Shown here: positions 37,216 through 46,989 of the stretch, in pieces
Layout: every line of letters begins with the position of its first letter
How positions within the stretch are numbered: the first letter of the stretch is position 1
Assembly (NCBI GenBank): GCA_910578505.1
Contig: CAJTPV010000013.1
Coordinates: 1,914-65,913, forward strand
From: an uncultured Oscillospiraceae bacterium
GTDB taxonomy: Bacteria > Bacillota > Clostridia > Oscillospirales > Oscillospiraceae
Length of the DNA: 64,000 bases
Reading direction: 5' to 3'
Made by a program: the position numbers and the translations under genes
Notes under the pieces: model-generated
What the model was told of the DNA's origin: nothing
The model's database searches: none
The model's input: only the letters and a program-made list of their open reading frames with translations

Positions 37216-37244
37216 TTGCATTTCGAGCGGATATGCCGTATACT
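37216..37244 (+). promoter_or_regulatory. Pmra-like promoter TTGCAT-17-TATACT heading the dcw cluster.
   Basis: Consensus elements ~120 nt upstream of mraZ. Confidence 0.6.
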
Positions 37245-37254
37245 AGGTAGCGAA

Positions 37255-37279
37255 GTGGGGAGAAGTGGGGGAATGTAGG
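37255..37279 (+). promoter_or_regulatory. MraZ operator-like array: GTGGG-N5-GTGGG-N5-GTAGG, three direct repeats at 10-bp phasing.
   Basis: Seen directly, just downstream of the -10. It matches the known MraZ DRE arrangement (direct repeats of GTGGG/TGGGN). Confidence 0.55.
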
Positions 37280-37363
37280 GAGACGCCGGCAGCGGCCCTC
37301 CCGGAGGACCCGAAAACCGGCCTCGGCCCCCTGGTTGTTCCGCCCGTCCGGAGGGAAAGGCAG

Positions 37364-37789
37364 GTGGGGGGCGTGATTGGGCAGTATCAGCACAATATCG
37401 ACGCCAAGGGCCGCCTGTTCATCCCCGCCAAGTACCGGGAGGAGCTGGGGGAGGCTTTTTATGTCACCATCGGCCTGGACGGCTGCCTGTCGGTCTACTC
37501 CGACGCCAAGTGGGCGGACCTGACCGCCAAGTTCGACGCGCTGCCCATCGCCAAGGCCCGCTCCATGCGCGCCCTTTTCGCCAACGCCGCCAAGTGCGAG
37601 CCGGACGCCCAGGGCCGCATCCTCATCCCCGCCAAGCTGCGCCGGTACGCGGCGCTGGAAAAGGAAGTTGTCATCAACGGCGCGTCGAAGTGCGTGGAGC
37701 TGTGGAACCCGGAGCGGTGGGCCCCCATCGAGGAGGCCGGCCTGGACCCGGAAAACCTGGCTGCCGCTATGGAAGAACTGGGATTCTGA
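37364..37789 (+). CDS. mraZ: Division/cell-wall cluster transcriptional regulator MraZ.
   Basis: Tandem SpoVT/AbrB-like halves (YQHNIDAKGRLFIPAKYR...). GTG start after GGAGGG. The ORF track extends upstream without an RBS. Confidence 0.85.
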   Translation: MGGVIGQYQHNIDAKGRLFIPAKYREELGEAFYVTIGLDGCLSVYSDAKWADLTAKFDALPIAKARSMRALFANAAKCEPDAQGRILIPAKLRRYAALEKEVVINGASKCVELWNPERWAPIEEAGLDPENLAAAMEELGF

Positions 37790-37790
37790 T

Positions 37791-38738
37791 ATGGACAAGG
37801 ACTATGGACACAAGCCGGTGCTGTTGGAGGAATGCCTGCAGGCGCTGGCGATCCGCCCGGATGGATGCTATCTGGACGGAACACTGGGCCGGGCGGGCCA
37901 CTCGCTGGCGATCCTGCGCCGCCTGACCACCGGGCGGCTGGTGGGGATCGACCGGGACATGGCCGCCATTGGGGCCGCCAGGGAGCGTCTGGCGGATTTT
38001 CAGGACCGGGTGACCCTGGTCCACGGCAATTTCCGGGACCTGGGCCGCATTTTGCAGGAGACAGGGACAGGCCCTCTGGACGGCATGCTTTTTGACCTGG
38101 GCGTGTCCTCCCCCCAGCTGGACGAGGCCCGGCGGGGGTTCAGCTACATGCAGGACGCCCCGCTGGATATGCGGATGGACGAGAGCGAGGCGCTGAGCGC
38201 CGCGGACATCGTCAACACCTGGAGTCAGGAGGAGCTGCGGCGGGTCCTGTACGAGTACGGGGAGGAGCGGTACGCGCCCCGGATTGCCCAGGCCATCGTG
38301 CGCCGGAGAGGGGACAGGCCCATCGAAACCACCGGGGAGCTGGTGGAGGTGATCCGCTCGGCCATGCCCGCCGCCGCCCTGCGGGAGAAGCAGCACCCGG
38401 CCAAGCGGAGCTTTCAGGCCCTGCGCATCGCGGTGAACGGCGAGCTGGAGGCGCTGCCGCCCATGCTGGCGGCAGCGGCGGACGGGCTGAAGCCGGGGGG
38501 CCGGCTGGCGGTGATCACGTTCCACAGTCTGGAGGACCGGATCGTCAAGCAGACCCTGCGGGAGCTGGCCACGGGCTGCACCTGCCCGCCCCAGTTTCCG
38601 GTGTGCGTGTGCGGGAAGAAGCCCAGGCTGAAGCTCATCACCCGCAAGCCGGTGACGCCGGGGCCGGAGGAGCTGGCAGAGAATTCACGGGCCCGCAGCG
38701 CCAAGCTCCGGGTGGCGGAGCGCACGGAGTTCGAGTAA
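37791..38738 (+). CDS. rsmH: 16S rRNA m4C1402 methyltransferase RsmH (MraW).
   Basis: MDKDYGHKPVLLEECLQAL...DGTLGRAGHS. Confidence 0.92.
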   Translation: MDKDYGHKPVLLEECLQALAIRPDGCYLDGTLGRAGHSLAILRRLTTGRLVGIDRDMAAIGAARERLADFQDRVTLVHGNFRDLGRILQETGTGPLDGMLFDLGVSSPQLDEARRGFSYMQDAPLDMRMDESEALSAADIVNTWSQEELRRVLYEYGEERYAPRIAQAIVRRRGDRPIETTGELVEVIRSAMPAAALREKQHPAKRSFQALRIAVNGELEALPPMLAAAADGLKPGGRLAVITFHSLEDRIVKQTLRELATGCTCPPQFPVCVCGKKPRLKLITRKPVTPGPEELAENSRARSAKLRVAERTEFE

Positions 38739-38804
38739 ACCAGGCCTTGGGCCTGTCATGGAGAAAACGGCGGGCACGGGTCCGCAGCGGAAGGGGGATA
38801 GGGC

Positions 38805-39386
38805 ATGGCCGCAAACAGAAACAGGAAAAAACGCCCGGTCCCCCGGCCCACGGAGGGCAACCTGGCCCGGAAGCTGGACAGCCGCGAGCTGGAGCGGTAT
38901 CCGGAGCCCTATGGCCGGCCGGAAGTTGAGCGGCAGTACCACCGCCGCCAGGAGACCGCCATGGAGCGGCGCTCCCGGCAGCACGCCGCCGCCAAGGCCG
39001 CGGTCCGCGCCGCCCAGAAGCTGTCGCCGGGCCTGCTGGCGGGCTTCGCGGCCACCGCCGCGCTGATGGTGCTGGTGCTGCTGTGTTATGTGCGGCTGAA
39101 CGCCATCTCCCGCAGCATCGTGGACATGAAGACCGACATCGCGGCGCTGGAGACGGAGCAGGTGTCCCTGCTGACCCGGTATGAGCAGGCCTTTGACCTG
39201 ACGTCGGTGAAGGCGGCGGCGGAGGCCGCCGGGATGACCCAGCCCAGCGACAGCCAGATCTATTATATCGACCTGCCCGGCGCGGACCAGGCGGTGTCCT
39301 ACAGCGACAATGAGATTGGGCTGCCGGAGCGGTTTGTGTCCAAGGTGAAGGACCTGTTTGCGGAGATCAAGGAATATTTCCAGTAG
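38805..39386 (+). CDS. ftsL: Cell division protein FtsL-like (bitopic, coiled coil).
   Basis: Position after rsmH. Single TM helix plus coiled coil. Basic N-terminus. Confidence 0.65.
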   Translation: MAANRNRKKRPVPRPTEGNLARKLDSRELERYPEPYGRPEVERQYHRRQETAMERRSRQHAAAKAAVRAAQKLSPGLLAGFAATAALMVLVLLCYVRLNAISRSIVDMKTDIAALETEQVSLLTRYEQAFDLTSVKAAAEAAGMTQPSDSQIYYIDLPGADQAVSYSDNEIGLPERFVSKVKDLFAEIKEYFQ

Positions 39387-39516
39387 CGGGAAGTATACTC
39401 GTAGATAAGGGAGGCTGCTACGCTGGACACGGGCCGGCAGGCGGATGACGATTGGCCGGGCGCTGCGCGCACGGCCAATTCGGTGTTTGCAAGCCTGAGA
39501 TTTTCAGGAGGAACCT

Positions 39517-41925
39517 ATGGCATATCAAGCCCCAAGACCAAGAAAACCACAGAAAGCGCCGCGCAGGCCCAAGCTCCCTGCGGACTCGGCCAAGAAGGCG
39601 AAGCAGATCATCCAGCGGCGCACCATCTACCTGCTGCTGCTGTTCGGCGTGGTGACGTTCCTGGCGGTGTTCGCCAAGGCCTATGATCTGACGATGAACC
39701 AGGGCGACGAGCTGAAGGCCCGGGCCTCCCAGCAGCAGACCCGGAGCACCACCATCACCGCCTCCCGCGGCACCATCTATGATCGCAACGGCACCATCCT
39801 GGCCATCTCCGCCATGGCGGACACCGTGTTTCTGGACCCGAAGGTCATCCAGGAGTATGCCGCCGAGCTGGACGTGAAGCGGGCGGAGGCGCTGGCCAAG
39901 GGGGTGAAGAGCGGGGAGACCCTGCCCATGACAGGGCAGGAGTACAAGGACCTGATCGCCTCCAAGCTGGCGCAGCTGCTGGGGCTCCAGGAGCGGGACG
40001 TGTACGAGAAGATGGAGAGGACCCAGAGCCGGTACGAGGTCCTGGCCACCAAGGCGGATAAGGACACCGTAGGCGACAAGGTGCGCCAATTCATCTCCAA
40101 GGACGGCGTGGAGGCCGGGAACACCACCGGCAAGGCCATCCAGGGCGTCCACCTGCAGAGCGACGCCAAGCGGTACTACCCCTACGGCTCCCTGGCCGCC
40201 CATGTCATCGGCTTTCTGGGCCCAGAGGACCACGGCGCTTACGGCCTGGAGGCCATCTACGAGAAGGACCTGAGCGGGAAAACAGGGCTGGCGGTGACGG
40301 CCAAGGACGCCACCGGCTCGGAGCTGATGTTCCAATACGGGCAGGTCTACGACGCCGAGGACGGGAAAAACCTGCAGCTGACCATTGACACCAATATCCA
40401 GAGCTACCTGGAGCAGGGGCTGGCGGACATGATCGAGCAGTTCCACGCCGCCAACGGGGCCCAGGGCATTGTCATGGATCCCCGGAACGGGGCCATCCTG
40501 GCCATCGCCTCCAACCCCACCTACGACGTCAACCACCCGCGGGAGATCTACGACAGCGCCCTCCAGCAGCTGGTGGGCACGCCGAAGGAGGGCGGAGCGG
40601 AGGGGGAGACGGTGACCCTGGAGGAGATGCAGCTCAAGCAGTGGCGCAGCAAGGCCGTCAACGACACCTATGAGCCGGGCTCCACCTATAAGGTCCTCAC
40701 CCTGGCCATGGGCCTGGAGGAGGGAAAAGTCAACCTGAACAGCACCTTCTACTGCAGCGGCGGACTGGATGTAGACGACTGGTACATCAAATGCAACAAT
40801 ATCTACGGCCATAAAAACCAGTCGCTGAAGGAGGCGGTGGGCCACTCCTGCAACCCCGCCTTCATGAACATCGCCTTCAGCGTGGGCGCCAGGCGATATT
40901 ATGATTATCTGGACGCCTTCGGGCTCTTCGACGCCACCGGGGTGGACCTGCAGGGCGAGGGGACCAGCATCTTCGCGCCCTACAAGACCTTCTCCCAGAC
41001 CCGGACGGACCTGGCCTCCTACTCCTTCGGCCAGAAATTCAACATCACGCCCATCCAGCTCATCACGGCCCAGGCGGCCTGCATCAACGGCGGCTACCTG
41101 TACCAGCCCCACGTGGTGGAGAAAAAGCTGGACAGCGACGGCAATGTGGTGGAGCAGTTTGACGCCACCCCCATCCGGCAGGTCATCAGCGAGGAGACCT
41201 CCGCCACGGTGCGGGAGATATTGGAATACGTGGTGGAGAAGGGCGGCGGCAAAAACGGCCAGGTAGCCGGGTACCGGGTGGGGGGCAAGACCGGCACTGC
41301 CGACAAGGGCAACACCGGGGACGTCATCGTCTCCTTCCTGAGCTTCGCCCCTGCCGACGACCCCCAGGTGATCATGCTGCTGACCCTGGACACCCCGTCC
41401 CGGAGCACAGGGACCTACGTCTCCGGCGGCAATATGGTGGGGCCCACGGCCTCCGCCATCATGTCGGATATCCTGCCCTATCTGGGCATCTCCCCGCAGT
41501 ACAGCGACGACACCAAGGCCGCCGCGGATCTGACCGTTCCCTATGTGGTGGGGGAGACCAAGGACGGCGCTGCGGCGAAGCTGAACGAATACGGCTTTAC
41601 GTCCTACCGCACAGTAGGCGGCGGGGACACGGTCACAGACCAGACGCCGGTGGGCGGGGCCATCATCCCGGCGGGGGCGGAGATCATCCTGTACATGGGC
41701 GAGGAGAAACCCAGCGGCCTATGTACGGTGCCCAACGTGGTGGGGATGTCCGCCGCGGATGCCAACAGCGCCATGAGCAACGCCGGACTCATCATGAAAT
41801 CCACCGGGGCCACCGGCACAAAGGGCATCAAAGCCATCAGCCAGTCCACGCCGGAGGGCACCCAGGTACCCGCCGGAACAGTGGTCACCGTGCAAATGGG
41901 GCAGACGGCCACCACCAGCGATTGA
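39517..41925 (+). CDS. Class B penicillin-binding protein (FtsI/PBP2B-like), paralog 1.
   Basis: PBP dimerisation domain, transpeptidase STYK, SCN and KTGTA motifs, and C-terminal PASTA domains. Confidence 0.9.
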   Translation: MAYQAPRPRKPQKAPRRPKLPADSAKKAKQIIQRRTIYLLLLFGVVTFLAVFAKAYDLTMNQGDELKARASQQQTRSTTITASRGTIYDRNGTILAISAMADTVFLDPKVIQEYAAELDVKRAEALAKGVKSGETLPMTGQEYKDLIASKLAQLLGLQERDVYEKMERTQSRYEVLATKADKDTVGDKVRQFISKDGVEAGNTTGKAIQGVHLQSDAKRYYPYGSLAAHVIGFLGPEDHGAYGLEAIYEKDLSGKTGLAVTAKDATGSELMFQYGQVYDAEDGKNLQLTIDTNIQSYLEQGLADMIEQFHAANGAQGIVMDPRNGAILAIASNPTYDVNHPREIYDSALQQLVGTPKEGGAEGETVTLEEMQLKQWRSKAVNDTYEPGSTYKVLTLAMGLEEGKVNLNSTFYCSGGLDVDDWYIKCNNIYGHKNQSLKEAVGHSCNPAFMNIAFSVGARRYYDYLDAFGLFDATGVDLQGEGTSIFAPYKTFSQTRTDLASYSFGQKFNITPIQLITAQAACINGGYLYQPHVVEKKLDSDGNVVEQFDATPIRQVISEETSATVREILEYVVEKGGGKNGQVAGYRVGGKTGTADKGNTGDVIVSFLSFAPADDPQVIMLLTLDTPSRSTGTYVSGGNMVGPTASAIMSDILPYLGISPQYSDDTKAAADLTVPYVVGETKDGAAAKLNEYGFTSYRTVGGGDTVTDQTPVGGAIIPAGAEIILYMGEEKPSGLCTVPNVVGMSAADANSAMSNAGLIMKSTGATGTKGIKAISQSTPEGTQVPAGTVVTVQMGQTATTSD

Positions 41926-41940
41926 CAGCCCCCCCAACCA

Positions 41941-42015
41941 GGACGCGAAGCGCATAAAAAGTTCTTTTTGATTCTTTTTCTTTCAAGAAAAAGAGTGAAC
42001 AACCTAAAGGAGGCA
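41941..42015 (+). repeat. AT-rich palindromic intergenic repeat element, copy B, between the two PBP paralogs.
   Basis: About 90% identical to 8716-8790. Confidence 0.8.
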
Positions 42016-42018
42016 CAT

Positions 42019-44382
42019 ATGTCACACCGGCCCGAAAAGGAGCTGCGAAAGATAAAACGCCCGCCTGATTCCGCCAGACAGGCGAAACAGGTCATTCAGC
42101 GGCGCACCATCTACCTCCTGCTGCTCTTCGGCGCGGCCACCTTCCTGGCCGTGTTCGCCAAGGCCTACGACCTGACCATCAACCAGGGCGAGGAGCTGAA
42201 GGCCCGGGCCTCCCGGCAGCAGACCCAGAGCACCCCCATCTCCGCCTCCCGCGGCGCCATCTACGACCGCAGCGGGACGGTCCTGGCCGTGTCCGCCACA
42301 GCGGACACCGTCTATCTGGCCCCGCGGGTCATCCAGCGCTATGCCGCGGAGCTGGACAGGGAGCGGGCCCAGGCGCTGGCCAACAGCACCGAGGGCGTCC
42401 TGTCCATAAGCGGCCAGGCGTACAAGGACCTGCTGGCCGCCCGCATGGCGGAGCTGCTGGAGCTGGACCAGCAGGACGTGTACGAGAAGATGGAGCGGAC
42501 CTGGAGCCGGTACGAAATTCTGAAGACCCGCGTGGACAAGGCCACTGTGGGCGACAGGGTCCGCGCCTTCCTCACCAAGGACGGCAACCCCACCGGCAGG
42601 ACCATCCAGGGCATCTACCTGCAGAGCGACGCCAAGCGCTACTATCCCCACAGCACCCTGGCCGCCCATGTCATCGGCTTTCTGGACAACGACAACCACG
42701 GGGCCTACGGCCTGGAGGCCATCTATGAGGACGAACTGGACGGGAAGACCGGGGCGGCCGTGACGGCCAGAGACGCCACCGGCGCGGAGCCGCTGTTCCA
42801 ATACGAGCAGTACTATGACGCCGAGGACGGCAGCAGCCTGCAGCTGACCATTGACGCCAACATCCAGAGCTACCTGGAGCGGGGGCTGGCCAGCATGGTC
42901 AACCAGTTCGGGGCCGCCAACGGGGCCCAGGGCATCGTCATGGACCCCCGGAACGGGGCCATCCTGGCCATTGCCTCCAACCCCACCTACGACGTCAACC
43001 ACCCGCGGGAGATCTACGACAGCGCCCTCCGGGACCGGGTGGGGACCGCGGACGGGGCGGGCGGCACCGTCAACCTGGGGGATATGCAGTTCCGGCAGTG
43101 GCGCAGCAAGTCCGTCAACGACACCTATGAGCCGGGCTCCACCTATAAGATCCTCACCCTGGCCATGGCGCTGGAGGAGGGGACCGTCAATCCCAACAGC
43201 ACCTTTTATTGCAGCGGCTCCATCGAGGTCAACAAGCGGCGCATCAACTGCAGCCGCAAGACGGGCCACGGCAGCCAGAAGCTGGAGGAGGCGGTGGGAA
43301 ACTCCTGCAACCCGGCCTTCATCAACATCGGCCTGGGCGTGGGAGCGGAGAAATACTGGGAGTATCTGGACGCCTTCGGCATCTTTGACAAAACCGGCGT
43401 GGACCTGCAGGGCGAGGTGTGCGGGAACTTCCACGACCACGACACCTTTCTGAGCGCGGACATCTATCTGGCCACTGTCTCCTTCGGCCAGACCTTCACC
43501 GTCACCCCCATCCAGCTCATTACGGCCCAGGCGGCCTGCATTAACGGCGGCTATCTCTACAAGCCCCATGTGGTGGATCAGGTGCTGGCTCCGGACGGCA
43601 GCGTGGTGAAAACGTTCGACACCACCCCCGTCCGGCAGGTGGTCAGCGAGAAGACCTCCGCCACGGTGCGGGAGATGCTGGAGTACGTGGTAGCCGGGGG
43701 GACCGGCAAGAACGGGCAGGTGGCTGGGTACCGGGTGGGGGGCAAGACCGGCACCGCCGACAAGACCGGCACCGGGGACGTGGTGGTCTCCTTCCTGTGC
43801 TTTGCCCCCGCCGACGACCCCCAGGTGATCATGCTGCTGACCATGGACACCCCCTCCCGGAACACGGGGACGTACGTCTCCGGCGGCAACATGGTGGCCC
43901 CCACGGCCTCCGCCATTATGTCCGATATCCTGCCCTACCTGGGCATCGCCCCCCAGTACAGCGGCGGCGATGAAGCCGCCGCCGACAGCACAGTCCCCGA
44001 TGTGGCCGGCAGGACCAGGGAGGACGCCGCAGTGCAGCTGAAGGAGCACGGCTTTACGTCCTTCCGCACTGTGGGCGGCGGGGAGACGGTCACGGACCAG
44101 ACGCCGGTGGGCGGGGCCATTGTTCCCGCCTCTGCGGAGATCATCCTGTACATGGGGGAGGAGAAATCCAGCGCCCTGTGTACGGTGCCCGGCGTGGTGG
44201 GCCTGTCCGCCGCGGAGGCCAACAGGGCCATGAGCGACGCGGGACTGATTATGAAGTCCGCCGGACCGGGGGGGACGGAGGGCATCAAGGCCCTCAGCCA
44301 GTCCATCCCCGCCGGAGAGCAGATTGCCGCCGGGACGGTGGTCACCGTGCGGATGGGCCAGACGTCTGATACGGCAGATTAG
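42019..44382 (+). CDS. Class B penicillin-binding protein, paralog 2 (SpoVD-like). About 70% identical to paralog 1.
   Basis: Same motif set: STYK, SCN, KTGTA and PASTA. An AAAGGAGG RBS is embedded in repeat B. Confidence 0.9.
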   Translation: MSHRPEKELRKIKRPPDSARQAKQVIQRRTIYLLLLFGAATFLAVFAKAYDLTINQGEELKARASRQQTQSTPISASRGAIYDRSGTVLAVSATADTVYLAPRVIQRYAAELDRERAQALANSTEGVLSISGQAYKDLLAARMAELLELDQQDVYEKMERTWSRYEILKTRVDKATVGDRVRAFLTKDGNPTGRTIQGIYLQSDAKRYYPHSTLAAHVIGFLDNDNHGAYGLEAIYEDELDGKTGAAVTARDATGAEPLFQYEQYYDAEDGSSLQLTIDANIQSYLERGLASMVNQFGAANGAQGIVMDPRNGAILAIASNPTYDVNHPREIYDSALRDRVGTADGAGGTVNLGDMQFRQWRSKSVNDTYEPGSTYKILTLAMALEEGTVNPNSTFYCSGSIEVNKRRINCSRKTGHGSQKLEEAVGNSCNPAFINIGLGVGAEKYWEYLDAFGIFDKTGVDLQGEVCGNFHDHDTFLSADIYLATVSFGQTFTVTPIQLITAQAACINGGYLYKPHVVDQVLAPDGSVVKTFDTTPVRQVVSEKTSATVREMLEYVVAGGTGKNGQVAGYRVGGKTGTADKTGTGDVVVSFLCFAPADDPQVIMLLTMDTPSRNTGTYVSGGNMVAPTASAIMSDILPYLGIAPQYSGGDEAAADSTVPDVAGRTREDAAVQLKEHGFTSFRTVGGGETVTDQTPVGGAIVPASAEIILYMGEEKSSALCTVPGVVGLSAAEANRAMSDAGLIMKSAGPGGTEGIKALSQSIPAGEQIAAGTVVTVRMGQTSDTAD

Positions 44383-44425
44383 TTCTTTTTCTTGAAAGAA
44401 AAAGAACCAAAAAGAACTTTAATGC
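44381..44425 (-). repeat. AT-rich palindromic repeat element, copy C, in inverted orientation immediately after PBP paralog 2.
   Basis: It is the reverse complement of the AAAGTTCTTTTTG..TTCTTTTTCTTTCAAGAAAAAG core. It has a 10-bp hairpin and an outer AGTTCTTTTT/AAAAAGAACT palindrome. Confidence 0.75.
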
Positions 44426-44521
44426 CCGGTTTAGTTACAGCTGGTCCCGGTTTCCTGCCCGCCAGGAGAGAGAGGCGGGCATACAGAGTATAAAGAATGA
44501 GGAAAGTGCAGGCTGCATAAG

Positions 44522-45973
44522 ATGATTTTAAGCGAACTGCTGCGGGGCGTGGACATATTAGCGTCCACCGCCGGCCTGACAACGGAGATTACCGGCGTCA
44601 GCTATGATTCCAGAAAGACAAAGCCCGGCGACCTCTTTGTCGCGATGACCGGGTATGAGACGGACGGACACCGGTTTATCCCCATGGCGCTGGAGAAGGG
44701 GGCGGCGTGCGTCCTCTGCCAGCAGAAGCCGGCGGCGGATGTCCCCTATGTGCGCACGTCCGACAGCCGGGCCGCTCTGGCCCAGGTGGGCCGGAACTGG
44801 TACGGCGACCCCGCCGCCCAAATGACGCTGGCCGGCGTCACCGGCACCAACGGCAAGACCACCACCACCTATCTGCTCAAGGATATCCTGGAGCAGTGCC
44901 TGGGGGCAAAGGTGGGGCTCATCGGCACCAATCAGAATATGATCGGCAATGCGGTATTGCCCACGGAGCGCACCACCCCGGAGTCCTTTGAACTGCAGGG
45001 GCTGTTCCGCCGGATGGCAGACGCGGGCTGCACCCACGTGGTGATGGAGGTGTCGTCCCACGCGCTGTTCCTCAAGCGGGTGGGCGGGGTCCGCTTTGGG
45101 GTGGGCGTGTTCACCAACCTGACCCAGGACCACCTGGACTTCCACGGCACCATGGAAAACTACTGCGGCGCTAAGGCGCTGCTGTTCCGCCAGTGCGATG
45201 CGGGCGTGTACAACGCCGACGATCCCTGGGCCGGGCGGGTCATGGCCGGCGCCGCGTGCCGGAAAATATCCATCGGCGAGCATGAGGCGGATTTGGCGGC
45301 CAGAAATATCCGGCTGTCGGCGGAGGGCGTGTCCTTTGACGCAGTGGAAAACGGCGCGGCGACACCGGTGCATGTGGGCATCCCCGGCGGCTTTATGGTC
45401 TATAACACGCTGGGCGTGCTGGCCGCCGCCCAGGCCCTGGGCGTGCCCCTGGCGGACAGCGCGCGGGTCTTGGGACACAGCGCCCATGTGAAGGGCCGGG
45501 TGGAGGTGGTGCCGACCCCCGGTGAGTACACCATGCTCATCGACTACGCCCACACCCCCGACGCCCTGGAAAACGTGCTGAACGCGGCCAGGGGCTTTGC
45601 CGAAGGCCGGGTGGTGGCCCTGTTCGGCTGCGGCGGGGACCGGGACCGCACCAAGCGGCCCCTGATGGGGGCCATCGCCGCCCGGCTGGCGGACTTCGTG
45701 ATTGTGACCAGCGACAATCCCCGCACGGAGGAGCCCGGCGGAATTATTCAGGATATTCTGGCCGGCATGGCCGGGACGGATACCGAATATGTGGTGGTGG
45801 AAAACCGGGTGGAGGCCATCCACTACGCCATAGACCACGCCAGGCCCGGCGATGTGGTCATCCTGGCGGGCAAGGGCCACGAGACCTACCAGATCATTGG
45901 CCGCGAAAAGCGGCATCTGGATGAGCGGGAGGTCGTGGCGGAATATTTGCGTCAACGGAAAGAGAGAGCCTGA
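44522..45973 (+). CDS. murE: UDP-N-acetylmuramoyl-L-alanyl-D-glutamate--2,6-diaminopimelate ligase.
   Basis: Mur ligase P-loop GVTGTNGKTTT and the DNPR motif. Confidence 0.92.
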   Translation: MILSELLRGVDILASTAGLTTEITGVSYDSRKTKPGDLFVAMTGYETDGHRFIPMALEKGAACVLCQQKPAADVPYVRTSDSRAALAQVGRNWYGDPAAQMTLAGVTGTNGKTTTTYLLKDILEQCLGAKVGLIGTNQNMIGNAVLPTERTTPESFELQGLFRRMADAGCTHVVMEVSSHALFLKRVGGVRFGVGVFTNLTQDHLDFHGTMENYCGAKALLFRQCDAGVYNADDPWAGRVMAGAACRKISIGEHEADLAARNIRLSAEGVSFDAVENGAATPVHVGIPGGFMVYNTLGVLAAAQALGVPLADSARVLGHSAHVKGRVEVVPTPGEYTMLIDYAHTPDALENVLNAARGFAEGRVVALFGCGGDRDRTKRPLMGAIAARLADFVIVTSDNPRTEEPGGIIQDILAGMAGTDTEYVVVENRVEAIHYAIDHARPGDVVILAGKGHETYQIIGREKRHLDEREVVAEYLRQRKERA

Positions 45974-46002
45974 CACAGGGTCAGGACAGAGGGAGAGTTC
46001 TC

Positions 46003-46989
46003 ATGGAAATGATTTTCGCGTGTTTCCTCAGTTTTGCCGTCACAGGCATCATCGGCGGAAAGATCATTCTGCCCGCCCTGCGCCGTCTGAAGGCGGGGCA
46101 GGCCATTCGGGAGGTGGGGCCCAAGTGGCACGCCACCAAGGCCGGTACGCCCACTATGGGCGGACTGATGTTTATTACCGGCATTACGGTCTCCATTTTT
46201 GCCGCCGGCTGGCCCGGCATGCTGGCAGGGGACTGGAGCCACATCTATGTGCTGCTGTTCGCGCTGGTGTTCGGCGTGATCGGCTTTCTGGACGACTATG
46301 AGAAGGTCAAGCGGCATCAGAACCTGGGCCTGACCGCCCTGCAGAAATTCCTGCTCCAGCTGGCGGCGGCCATCCTGTTTTTGATGCTCATGCGCTACGA
46401 GGGGCTGCTGCGCCCGGACCTCTACGTGCCGTTCTGGAACAGCAGCATCCACCTGAGCTGGCCGGTGTATATGGTCTTCGCCGCCTTCGTCATCGTGGGG
46501 GCGGTGAACGCGGTGAACATCACCGACGGGCTGGACGGTCTGGCCACCAGCGTGTCCATCCCCGTGGCCCTGTTCTTCGTCTCCGCCGCCACCTGGTGGA
46601 GCTACACCCAGCTGGGCATTTTCGCGGCGGCGCTGCTGGGCGGGCTGCTGGCGTTCCTGCTGTTCAACGCCCACCCGGCCAAGGTGTTCATGGGGGACAC
46701 CGGGTCGCTGTTCCTGGGGGGCGCGATTGCGGGCATGGCCTTTGCCTTTGACATGCCCCTGGTGCTGGTGCTGGTGGGGATCATCTACATTGTTGAGACC
46801 ATGTCCGATATTTTGCAGATAGGCTACTTCAAGCTGACCCACGGCAAGCGGATTTTTAAGATGGCGCCCATCCACCACCACTTTGAAATGTGCGGCTGGA
46901 GTGAGAACAAGATCGTCACCATCTTCACCGCCGTATCCACGCTCTTCTGCGCCCTGGCGCTGTTCGGCGTGATGAACCGTATGGTTTGA
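46003..46989 (+). CDS. mraY: Phospho-N-acetylmuramoyl-pentapeptide transferase.
   Basis: MraY signature with the DD..D motifs; 10 TM helices. Confidence 0.92.
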   Translation: MEMIFACFLSFAVTGIIGGKIILPALRRLKAGQAIREVGPKWHATKAGTPTMGGLMFITGITVSIFAAGWPGMLAGDWSHIYVLLFALVFGVIGFLDDYEKVKRHQNLGLTALQKFLLQLAAAILFLMLMRYEGLLRPDLYVPFWNSSIHLSWPVYMVFAAFVIVGAVNAVNITDGLDGLATSVSIPVALFFVSAATWWSYTQLGIFAAALLGGLLAFLLFNAHPAKVFMGDTGSLFLGGAIAGMAFAFDMPLVLVLVGIIYIVETMSDILQIGYFKLTHGKRIFKMAPIHHHFEMCGWSENKIVTIFTAVSTLFCALALFGVMNRMV

